DNA of 64,000 nucleotides from the human T2T-CHM13v2.0 reference genome, Homo sapiens. The notes beneath the pieces were generated by a model. The model was not told where the DNA came from and searched no databases. It worked only from the letters and a program-made list of their open reading frames with translations. Within the stretch, counting starts at the first letter, position 1. Every line of letters starts with the position of its first letter. Location of the stretch: assembly GCF_009914755.1 (NCBI RefSeq), contig NC_060929.1; one strand, given 5' to 3'. The translations under genes were made by a program, and so were the position numbers. Of this stretch, positions 24,470-37,000 are shown piece after piece.

Positions 24470-26514
24470 ATTGGCGTTTCCAACAAGTCCCCAGGTGATG
24501 ATGATGACATTGCTAGAGTATCATACTCTGAGACCAGAATTTAGGTCTTGCGAAGATACCTCTTCTTCCCTTCTAAAGGGACTAGCAAAAAAAAATTTTT
24601 TTTTGTTAAATAAAATGTAAAAAGACTTCAGCTTTATGTTTATACATCTACAACAAGTGTTCTTAACTGTTTGAAAACCTGATTAAAGCAAAGGCCCATC
24701 TCCATATTAAAATGTGCATACACATCTAACTGGGCATTCAATTTTAGGGGGTTTGTGGGCTCCCCGCAAACTTGTTAAGAAGCCCTAAATTTTTTGTTCC
24801 TCAAAGTGAGGTCCGCAGCAATTTCTCCAGCAAGCCCTTACTGTAGAAGCTAGGATTCGTCAGTCACAGCTGCGTTCTGCCGACTTCGCTGAGCCTCTCT
24901 TTCTGGCTCCATTCTTTCCCGGGGGTAGCTTCTGCCCTACAGTGGTCCAATGTCAAAGGTTTGGCTTCAGCCTTGCTTTGCTGTGAGCTAAAGCACTCCA
25001 TCTCCACATTAGGCAGTTGCCCAGGTTCTCTTCATGTTGAAATACATCCCCCAAGCTGGAGCTTCCCTGGTCTCCTTTCTCTCCTGCCCAGCTCAGAGGT
25101 GTTTGGGCTGGGCCTGCATTCATAGAATTGCCTGGGAAGAGTCGAGAACTTCTCTAGAAACCCCCATGGATTTTCCTTTTTCTCTTCTCACTTTTGGGCC
25201 AGGTTCAGGGCTGGCTTTTTCTGCTCACTACAGAAACTTAATTGGGTAACCTGGCTCCTGCTCAGCTACCTGGCTGAGCTCAGTACCTGGTAAACCTGGT
25301 AAGATACTAATCAGCCTTCTCCAGACCTGTACCAAACACTCAGCAACAGAAAGCACGTTAAGCTGGGTTAACAACACAAATCTTGAACTCCACGATACCT
25401 TCCAGGCACTCTCAGCTCTTCAGGTGGGGAAATTCTACCAATTCTGTTGCAAAAGGGATGATAATACAATAATTAGGTAACCCTTTAAAGTTGCAAGTAA
25501 TTTCCCCTCCCATTATCCTACTAGAGCTTCACAGGTGCACCTGGAGGTATCTGCTGCTTATCCCCATTTTATAGATGAGGAAGCTGAGGCTCAAAGAGAT
25601 TACATAGAAAAATAGAGCAAATATTTACGGAGCAGTTCCTGGGCTAAGCATTGACATGCACTTTTAAATTTAATCCTCACAAATGGCCAAGGGATGGACA
25701 CAATTGGTTATCCCTATTTTATAGATGAAGAACTGAAGTTGAGAGGGCTTCTGTAACTGGCCCAAGGTCACCCAACAGGGAGGCGGTGGGGCCAAGCTTC
25801 AAACTCAAGCTGTCTGACTCACAAGCCTGTGTTCTTGTCCTCTGTGCTGTATTTGTCAGTGACTCAGACTGGATGAGTGAGGGCAGCGTGCAAGCAGGCA
25901 AGGAAGGCTGCAGGTGGGTGGCACCTGGGAGCCTGCTCGGGCTATGGGACTAATGAGCCTGATAGCTAGCCTGGAAGCATGGAGCTGCAATGGCCAGGGG
26001 CTGCTGCTTGGCTGAGGCATGAACCCAAAGGGAACAGTGGTTCTGGAATCAGAAGGACCTGCTTCTAACTTCTCTGCTTTCTGGCTTTAAGCAAATCCCA
26101 TCTCAAACCTGAGCCTCAGATTTTTCATCTGGAAAATGGAGAAACATAAAACCTCATGGGGTTTAAAAAAAAATCAGGTCAAATAAGATAATAAAGCAAA
26201 AGGGCTTTTCTACCCCTAATGGCATAGAGAGGCAAGGCTCAGAATGGGGTGGGATTATAATGAGCAACACAGTGGTTCCCGGTGATCCAGTCCGGAAGCT
26301 GGCAGTAGGCATGTGTCCAGATGTTCAGGCCCACACACAGCCCTGGGCCGTCGTTGCAGAAGGGGAAGCTAGGTTTCTGCGGGAGGCAGTTCCAGCTGTG
26401 TGCCCTCGTGAACAAATCCTAAGGAAGCATCCCTTGCGTCCTGGAGCAGATCCGCCCCCACCCCCATGGTATCTCCCGAGAGTGAGTGCCTCTGCTTTGC
26501 TTGTTCACTGACAG

Positions 26515-26590
26515 ATGTGAGAGCAGAGGGCCGTGTTCAGACAGAACGCCAAGCATCCGGCACGCCAGGAAGCGGCGGGAAAAGGCCATT
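26515..26590 (+). CDS. PPARGC1B: PGC-1beta exon 9 ([25 protein letters not shown])
   Basis: gacag acceptor, gtaagt donor; 76 nt, phase 2/0. Confidence 0.95.
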
Positions 26591-28729
26591 GTAAGTGATC
26601 TGGGGGCCCAGAGCCTGGAGTGAATGGGAACGGACAGGAAGTGTGTGGGGGCTTCATGGACCAAAGCCTTTTGAGGCTGGCTGGTGAGCCCCTCAGTCTT
26701 CGGCCTCTGCCTGGGGAAGAAGGGACTATGGCAACAGCAGACAATGATATTTCTCTCATTTGAAGAGCACGAGGGTCACTAAAGGGCATCAAAGGTGGCA
26801 CCATGCAAAGTTCAACCAAGAGACTGGCCATGAGTGTGCTGTTGGTGGTGATTTAGGGCTCAGCGTCAGGGGCCTTGAGAGAGCCAAGTGGGCGGGCTGT
26901 GGTAGTGGGGAGCAGAGCCAGGCTGGCCAGGTTACAAGTCAGCCCTGCCACCACCTTCTATGTGACCGTGGGCAGGTCCCCCAGCTACCCCGAGCCTCAC
27001 TTTTCCTCATTTGTACGTAAGGGAGTTGGGCCTGTGCTTCCCAAGGCTTTCCCCAACTTGATCAGTGCCGAGAGACCAAGAGAGCCTGTCCCTTCCTCCC
27101 CACCCACCTCCCTAATGCCTTCCCAGAGTTAGTCCACAGGCCCTGGCCTTCTGCCTTTGCCTGGTGACCCTACTGCAAAGCTCCCCACAGAGAAAACACA
27201 TCAGGGGCCTGGAGTGGGGAGCTGGAGCTGGCCAGCTAGGCTATGTCACTAGAAAGGAAGGAGGAAAGTAGGATGGAAACACAAAAAGACAAACAGACTC
27301 CTGCTGAGTCTCTCCCATGTGATGTGGCACTTCAGGGAGGAGGGGCACACAGGAGGTATGCATACCCTAGAGGTGCACAGCTGTCTGCACACAGGTCCTT
27401 AAAACCGTGGACTGTGCATGGAGCATCTTCTTGGAGTCTGGGTCTGGTCATTCAGCAGTTACAGGCCTAGCACAGTTCTGGGCGTTGGAGGACAGCAATG
27501 AACAAGAGGGATGAGGCCCCCCTTCTGGCTGAACAGAAGGGAGAGAGAGATAATAGACTCATAAACAAAGGAATAAACAATGTAATTACAGATTGGGATA
27601 AGCACTGTGAAATTAGTAATGTGCAATTAGTAACAATCTAAAGTAAACAGGACTGTTGAGGAAGATGTGTTTATGGGGTGGCCAGGGAAGGGCACCTTCA
27701 GGGAGCTGGGCCCTGATTGATGAAAAGGAGCAACCAAGCGAAGACTCAGGGGGACAAGTGTTTGGAGCAGTGGCAGAAAGGAGCTTTATGAATTCAAGAA
27801 GCTGCAAGGAGAGTGGGAGGAGGGGATTTCTCTGTTGAGCTGAGCTTGGACATCGTATGTTGTGGGATGTACAGTTCCCCTGACTGTTGACGACGGAGTC
27901 CTGTTTGTGGACCCGCCACCTGGGTTTTCTTCCTTGGCATGTGTAGTCCGTGGGTGGGATGGCTGGAGCATCACTGGCTATAACCTGTTTCCAGAGCAAG
28001 CCTGTCCAGGACAAGAAACTGTGTGTTTTTCCTATGGGAACACAGATTTCCAGGAACAAGCCTGCAGCTTCTCTCGCAGGTCAGAGTGATTTGTCCAATA
28101 GCAGTGGCTTCAACCAGATCAAATCACAGATCTGAGAGGAGGGGAAGGGGAGTTCCAGTCTGGACTTTCTCCCACCCCTTCCCTCTGCTAGGCTGTTCTG
28201 GGCACCCACTGGCATAGCATGGAACTCTCCTGAAGGTGACGCCTTGGTGACAGTGTCTATACTGTGGCTTCAGCCACTTTGCCCAGGCAAAACCAATATC
28301 CCTGATGCCCCCACCCCATTACCCTTCCTTCCAGCCCACTCTCACACTCACAATCAACCTGCCTCCTGTGCTTGCCCTACCCCAGCACCTCCCCTGCTCA
28401 GACTTGAAAGGTTAAGTCCAAAAGCTACTGAATATGCAGGCATATCAATGGTGATAAATCCCTCCCCCTTCCTAGCCCCAGTCTTTGCTCATTTCCTTCA
28501 TGTAAGCAGTGGCTTCCTTGGAGGCCTCTTCCCTTCCAACACCCTCCCCTAACAAGGGCAGGTCCTCTGGGGTAGAGATTGGCATTGTCCTCTCTCTGAC
28601 TCCAGCCGGTATTGCTCACTCAGCCAGGCATCATGGACTAGGACAAGGACTCCACGGGAGCCCACTCCCAGAGGGGCCCCAGGAAGCCAGGCAATGACGG
28701 AGTCTCTCTCTGTCCTCCTTCTTGGGCAG

Positions 28730-28851
28730 GGGGAAGGCCGCGTGGTGTACATTCAAAATCTCTCCAGCGACATGAGCTCCCGAGAGCTGAAGAGGCGCTT
28801 TGAAGTGTTTGGTGAGATTGAGGAGTGCGAGGTGCTGACAAGAAATAGGAG
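28730..28851 (+). CDS. PPARGC1B: PGC-1beta exon 10 (RRM N-half, GEGRVVYIQNL...FEVFGEIEEC)
   Basis: ggcag acceptor, gtgagt donor; 122 nt; RNP2-like VYIQNL. Confidence 0.96.
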
Positions 28852-29359
28852 GTGAGTTGAACCAAGCCATGGCAAATGAAGGGAGCAGAGAGGGGCACTG
28901 GTCCTGATCCAGAATTGGGTACCAGAAGATGCCCAAGATTTGTGAAATGAATCTGACAAAATCCATAGCCTAGATGTGGAAAGCCAGGCCCATGAGAAGG
29001 ACCAGAAATGGTAATGCAGTCAGTAATAGCAGCAAACACGTGCTGATGGTTTACGAAGTGCCAGGCAGTTTCCTTTCATTCTTTTATCTAAACTTCCCAG
29101 CACGCCAGGGACATAAGCACTCCTGGTCTTTCAATTGCTCTCCTTTCTGCAGGAGTTCAGACAAGTTAGCTGGGCAGCTAGTTGGTGGCAGAGCCAGAAC
29201 CGGAGCCCATGTGTCTGCTTCAGGGCCTTTGGCCTGGAGATAGTGCGGGGCAGCAGCCCCTGGCAGCTTGAAGACTTGCACTGGGACTCCACTCTACCTC
29301 AGCCCTGTGCTTCCTCTGCAGCACCCTCCCTTCCTCTGCAGCAGCAAGTCCCAGGCCTT

Positions 29360-29794
<435 letters not shown>

Positions 29795-29929
29795 CTAAAT
29801 TATCTCCTATTATATCGGCAAACTAAGGCAAACTAAGTTATTCGGGTTTTTACATTCTAATACAATAATAATAATAGAAAGCTTCAGCAAGAAAAGAGTT
29901 TCTGGTGTAAGAGTTATTATATACTTCTT

Positions 29930-30640
29930 GCCCATTAGGATGGCCACTATCAAAAAACCAGAAAATAAATACTGGCAAGGATGTGGAGAAACTGGAACTC
30001 TTGTATAGTGTTGGTGGGAATTTTAAATGATGCAGCCGATGTGGAAAACAGTATGGCAGTTCATCAGAAAATTAAACCTAGAACCCCCATCTGATCCAGC
30101 CATTCCACTTACGGGTATATATTCAGAAGAATTGAAAACAGGATCTCCAAGAGGTATTTGTTCACCCAAGCTCATAACGACATTATTTACAATAGCCAAG
30201 AGGTGAAACAATCCAAATGTCCCCCAACAGATGAACAGATAAACAAAATATGGTTTCTATACATAGAGTGGAATATTATGAAGCCTTAAAAAGGAAGGAA
30301 ATTCTGACTCACGTCACCACATGGATGAACCTGACAACATTGTGCTGAGTAAAATAAGCCAGGCACAGAAAGACAAATACTGTATGATTTCACTTATATG
30401 CTATGTCTAAAGTAGTCTATTTCGTCGAAACAGAAAGAGTGATGGTTGCCAGGGGCTGCAGAGAGGAGGAATAAGGGAGGTGTTGTTTAATGGGCGTAGA
30501 GTTTCAGTTTGGCAAGGTGAAAGATTTCTGGAGCTTCGTTGCACAGCAATATGAGTATACTTAATACTGCCAAACTGTATGCTTAAAAATGGCAAAGATG
30601 GTAAATGTCCTGTTAAGTGTTTTTGCCAATTTTTTTAAAA
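29930..30640 (+). mobile_element. L1 (L1MB-like) 3' fragment
   Basis: cccattaggatggccactatcaaaaaa...gccttaaaaaggaaggaaattctgac...cacagaaagacaaatactgtatgatt. Confidence 0.85.
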
Positions 30641-30840
30641 AAGAACCATTATACAAATAGAACCATTTTAAGTTCTGTGCAGTTTTCAAGCTATCAAATG
30701 AAGATAGCATGCAAAAATAAAGCAGGCAAATTAATCTCTAAAGAGAAAGATCAGTCTGTTAAGATTTTAAAAAAACACACAGGATCTTTAAAAAAGAGTC
30801 TTGGACGTACTACCAATATTAGACATTAAAGAGGAAGAAG

Positions 30841-31135
30841 GGTCCGGGCATGGTGGCTCACGCCTGTAATCCCAACACTTTGGGACAGATTACTTGAGGC
30901 TAGGAGTTTGAGACCAACCCGGCCAACATGGTGAAACCCCGTCTCTACTAAAAATACAAAAAATTACCCGGGCGTGGTGGCACATGCCTGTAATCTCAGC
31001 TACTCAGGAGGCTGAGGCATAAGAATCGCTTGAACCCGGAAGGCAGAGGCTACAGTGAGCTGGGATTGCGACCACTGCATTCCAGCCTGGGTGACAGAGC
31101 GAGACTCTGTCTCAAAAAACAAATAAATAGATAAA
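30841..31135 (+). mobile_element. Alu (S-like)
   Basis: Dimer; TSD-like aaagagg(a/c)agaaggg. Confidence 0.9.
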
Positions 31136-32233
31136 GAGGCAGAAGGGTTCAAACTTGGCCCTGGTTCAGAGAGGTGTCAGGAAACATGATTCACGTAAAT
31201 GTTTATTAGGCACCCACTATTTGTAATCCTGTCCTAATAGTTGGTGAATGCCACTTTGTCTCTGCCTTGAGGAGTTTACATAGCAGATGATATGTCAGTC
31301 GGGACTCTTTCTGTTGTTCATGGAAGTGAAAAGTTGGAATAGAATTGACTTTTGGTCCTTCTCGGGCAGACTTTTCTCCTGGTTGCAGAGTGGCTGCCTG
31401 TAGCTTTAAGCTACCCCCCAGCAGCTTAGAGACCCCTGAGAAGGTAGGAGTCACTACATGACTCCAGCAAAGACCTGAGATGGATTCTTTGGGGTTCAGC
31501 CTTAAGTAAACAGGCTTATCCTTGAACAAACCATGGTGTCCAGGAAGGGCCATTGTCACGTGGCTTGCCCTGGCACCCTGAGCCTGGTTGACCACACATG
31601 CTGTTGTCAGAGGAAGGGGAGTGGAAGCTGAACAGGCAGGCATCATAGATGTCTACCATGAAGGGCAAGATGCGTGCAGAAGACCAGCCCTACTAGGGGA
31701 GGTGAAGGCCAAGATGGCAGCCAAGGAATTGGTGACTGAGGCTGGCTTTGAAGGAGGCAGAAAGTGGTACAGTAGTATAGGCAGGGGAATGGCATGGCAA
31801 TGGCAAATCCAGGGAAATGGGAATGATAGGAGAAACATACAGCGGTGTTAAGAGCATCAGCTTTAATGTCAGAGGCCTGGGTTTGAATCCCTGCTCTGCC
31901 ACTTGCTTTTGGGTAAATTACTGAACTCCGCAGAACCTCTTTCCTCATCTGCAAGGTGGAGATAACAACAGTACCCACCTCACAGGCTCATCTGAGGAGT
32001 GTCTGAGGCAAGATGTGATGGCCAACACCTGGCAGACATTCAACATATTAGCTGCTTTCATTATTACCACATTGCAGAAGTCAGCCCAGTGGTCATCATC
32101 ATCTCTATCTAGGGGGCCACGTGATGTGGGTATCGAATCACTGTGGCAGTCGGTTCCTCATCTAGTAATGGGTGGTCTCACAGTGTCCACCCAGCCAGCC
32201 CAATAACATACTCTCCTTGCTCCCTCCCCGCAG

Positions 32234-32388
32234 AGGCGAGAAGTACGGCTTCATCACCTACCGGTGTTCTGAGCACGCGGCCCTCTCTTTGACAAAGGGC
32301 GCTGCCCTGAGGAAGCGCAACGAGCCCTCCTTCCAGCTGAGCTACGGAGGGCTCCGGCACTTCTGCTGGCCCAGATACACTGACTACG
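32234..32388 (+). CDS. PPARGC1B: PGC-1beta exon 11 (RRM C-half, GEKYGFITY...PRYTDY)
   Basis: cgcag acceptor, gtaagc donor; 155 nt; RNP1-like KYGFITY. Confidence 0.96.
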
Positions 32389-32825
32389 GTAAGCCCCTGA
32401 AACCCAGCCACAGTCTAGTAAGACTCAAAGCTTGGGAAGCAGTGCCTTCCTTGAACAAAACCCAGAGCTAAAGCGCCTTGTGGACATAGCTTCCATCCCC
32501 ACACCCCAGTGTGCTGCTTGGTATAACTTTGCAGCCACTTTGCCTGAAGACTACCATCCTGTTTCTCTTCTGGCCTCTGGTCCACCTTATCCTGTCCTGT
32601 GACTGCTACCAAAGAGAATCCAGCCTCCCACGGCCTCTAGGAAGATTCAGTCATGTGCACAGCCAGCTGGCAGAACCGTGGCTACGGTCTCCTTGACTTC
32701 ACAGGGCCAGCTGCTACCCTGTCCCCTTCAGGGGCATTCCGTGGTGACCCCAGACAAGGCAGCAGCCACCTGGGGACAAGATGATGAAGAAGGACAAAGA
32801 AGTACAATGTACGAAAGAATTACTT

Positions 32826-33130
<305 letters not shown>

Positions 33131-33279
33131 ACACTTACTGGAGAGAATCCAATGCAGCCTTGATGGTACAGGACTGAGTGTCAGTGACCCGGCTGGGTGC
33201 CAGGCCAGGCGGCCCTGCCCTTGGCTGCATGTCCATTTATGGGAATCAGTTTCCCAATCTATTAAAAAATTCTAGTGTT

Positions 33280-33594
<315 letters not shown>

Positions 33595-33932
33595 TTATGT
33601 GGCACTGCAGCAGGTTACTAATGGACGAGAAGCTGTTGGGGGAAGTAGAGTTGTAGGGTGTTGGAGCTAGAAAGGCTCTGGAGTGCTCTAGTTTGGGCCT
33701 CCAGGTCTCTAGATAGGACAGCCAAGGCCCTGAGACACTGATACCATGGCCAAGATGTCCCAGCAGGATGGCAGGCAGTGCCCACAGTCCAGCGCTCATC
33801 CCAGCTCCCCAAGGCCTTGGGCTGCAGCCACTCCACGGTGCCCACTCATAGTGGCAGATTCTTCAACCATCCGGTCTTTGTAAGTTGCTCACTGCCTTCC
33901 CCTCTTCCCTGCCTCTTCACCCCCATGCCCAG

Positions 33933-34033
33933 ATTCCAATTCAGAAGAGGCCCTTCCTGCGTCAGGGAAAAGCAAGTATGAAGCCATGGATTTTGACAGC
34001 TTACTGAAAGAGGCCCAGCAGAGCCTGCATTGA
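33933..34033 (+). CDS. PPARGC1B: PGC-1beta exon 12 coding part ([33 protein letters not shown])
   Basis: cccag acceptor; family C-terminal motif [11 protein letters not shown]; TGA at 34031 followed by TAA; exons 2-12 total 2994 nt in frame. Confidence 0.97.
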
Positions 34034-37000
34034 TAACAGCCTTAACCCTCGAGGAATACCTCAATACCTCAGACAAGGCCCTTCCAATATGTTTACGTTT
34101 TCAAAGAAATCAAGTATATGAGGAGAGCGAGCGAGCGTGAGAGAACACCCGTGAGAGAGACTTGAAACTGCTGTCCTTTAAAAAAAAAAAAAATCAATGT
34201 TTACATTGAACAAAGCTGCTTCTGTCTGTGAGTTTCCATGGTGTTGACGTTCCACTGCCACATTAGTGTCCTCGCTTCCAACGGGTTGTCCCGGGTGCAC
34301 CTCGAAGTGCCGGGTCCGTCACCCATCGCCCCTTCCTTCCCGACTGACTTCCTCTCGTAGACTTGCAGCTGTGTTCACCATAACATTTCTTGTCTGTAGT
34401 GTGTGATGATGAAATTGTTACTTGTGAATAGAATCAGGACTATAAACTTCATTTTTAATTGAAAAAAAAAGTATATCCTTAAAATAATGTATTTATGGCT
34501 CAGATGTACTGTGCCTGGGATTATTGTATTGCTTCCTTGATTTTTTAACTATGCACTGTCATGAGGTGTTTGCCACTGAGCTGCCCTGCTCCCCTTGCCA
34601 GATTGCCCTGGAGGTGCTGGGTGGCCGCTAGGCTGGTCTGCAGGAAAGCGCGGCCTGCCGTTTCCGGGCCGTATCTGCCAAGCCCTGCCTTGTCTCTTAC
34701 TGAGCAAGTTTGGCTCAAATTATAGGAGCCCCCATCTTGTGCCCAGCTCATGCTCCAAGTGTGTGTCTATCCATTTGTACTCAGACTCTTGAGTACCTTG
34801 TAAGGAAGGCGGGGCAAGCTGCATCATTCCTGTTTTCCAGGGGAGGCTGGCAGCTCCTCAAGAGGCGAAATGACTGTGGGAGGTCCGGTTACCAGTGAGG
34901 AGGCAGAGCGGTGACCCAGACCAGGCCTTCTGGTTCTTGGTCCCGTGCTTCCGTAGTAGCTGGGGTAAAGACACCGTTTCAGGGACTGGTAGAGGTGAGT
35001 TCGGCTAAATTGGGCACCGGGCTAGAAGCCTAAGGGCTCATTTTAGGGGTTACATTAGGTGTTGATTCACCAGCATCAGGTGAATTCAAGCCCTGGCATG
35101 TGTCTTGGATGCACCATCAGCTTTGATCCTGAGTGGTCCTGCGGTTTGTCTGTGCCTGTGGACACACTGTCAGAACTTCAGTGACACCCCTGGCAGCGGT
35201 ACAGACAGGTGGTCTGGGAGCAGTCATCTTTTTTGGGCCAGCCACCAGCCCATCCTACTCCCTCAGGTAGTCCTTCGTCTTTACCTTGTCCTTGTCTGTA
35301 AAGTTGTTTTGGTGGCTGGGGCAGGGGAGCCAGGAGGAGGGAGTGAAGGTTGGGAATAGATAGGACAATCTCCTAGCTCTCCTCCAATTGAGAAAACACT
35401 CCAATTGGGCTTTGCTTTAAACTTTGTGTTCTTAAGTGATGTCAAAGCCATTTCCAGCTTAATGTTCTGTGGGTACCTTGGGGGCCATTCATGCAGGGAG
35501 CATGGCCAGGCAGGGTATGAGTACATTGTTTCTGATTTCTTTCATACATCAGGGTTCCTCGGGAAATTTTTGTATTTTTTTTTTAAGTCCTGCTGCTTTA
35601 AAAATTTGAAAGTGGCTCATTAAACTAAACAGGCTAATGTAATTTGTTGCTTATGCCAAGCCTAGACTGTTGAGAATTGACGTTTTTAAAGATTATCAAA
35701 TACCTCAGTAGGTAAAATGAGCCCATGATCTTCCACTGAGTGGTGAGCATACTCCCAGCCCATGGACAAGGCCGGAAGAGACAGGCTTTAGTAGGGGTAG
35801 GGAATTTGAACTGTTGTGTGTCACAGCAGTTGACCTCTCTGGACTCCAATTTCCTTTCCTGTGAAATGAACTGATTAGACATGTTTCAACATTGTTAGCT
35901 TCTGCTGAGGCAGTGTCTAGCCCAAGATGGCAAATACATAGCTCATGTGCCACTACTCCCACCTCCTTGACCAATACAGACATAACTAATCAATCACACC
36001 ACTCAGGTTCCCTGAGCCTGGATGTGCTATAAGAATCCTGAAATCAGTGCTCTGGTAAGTCATTACTAATTGATTAGAGTTCAATCTATTTGACATCTTG
36101 GGCTAATCTTTGGAAGGTTTCCAACAATCACACAAAACCATATGCTGGCTGGGTTTCATGCTGGCCTATCCCTGTCTGTGATGTTCCGTTCCATGAGAGA
36201 AAACTCCCCTAATGCTATTCCATGGCGTAACACTCCCAATACTATTTTGACGCCCACGTCCCCTTGCAGAGGGTGCAGGGGGCGGTAGACGAATGACAGA
36301 CAGGAACATATTTGGGGAAGGCAGGGCTTAGGAAGATGGACCAAAAAGGGACTTCCCACAGCACAGACCTGATCATTCGGATTTCCTCTTTAGCTATTCA
36401 CTGCCTAGCACATAGTAGGCACACAATAAATGATTATGGAATGGGATAAAATTTAGATCTTTCTGCTGCCTCCACTAAGTTAAGTCCTGATTTACATCAA
36501 GGAGAGAACTGAGATAGGAAAGAACACTAGATTCCAAGTCTGGAGAGTTGGGGGAGTCCAGATTCTACCAAGAATTTCCTTTGTAACTTTGGTAAGTCCC
36601 TTTTACTCCCTGGCACCCCGGTGTGCTGAAAGGAGTTGGTCCATATATGATCTCTTAGCCCCTCCTATTTGCTTCTTCCTTGATTGCTCTTGGTCAAAGG
36701 GTCAGCCTTGGGCTGGTGATACTTTAGAGTAAAGAAATGGAGAGTTTTAGCAAAGGACCAGTCTGTCCCTCCCTGCTTTGGGGTCAGCTAAAGCTGTCCT
36801 TTCATGTCAGATTAACCTAGGACACTTGTAGTTAGCTTAGACGTTGGCCCTTGAGCAGAGACCTGAGCGTGGCATTGGGACATGACATACCTAAAGTCAG
36901 GGCTAGGGGACGCTGCCTGCCAAGGGCATCGAGTAGTCTCTACTTGCTATCCCGTACATAAAATGCTACAAGTTCTAAAATTTACCGACCCTGCAGACAA

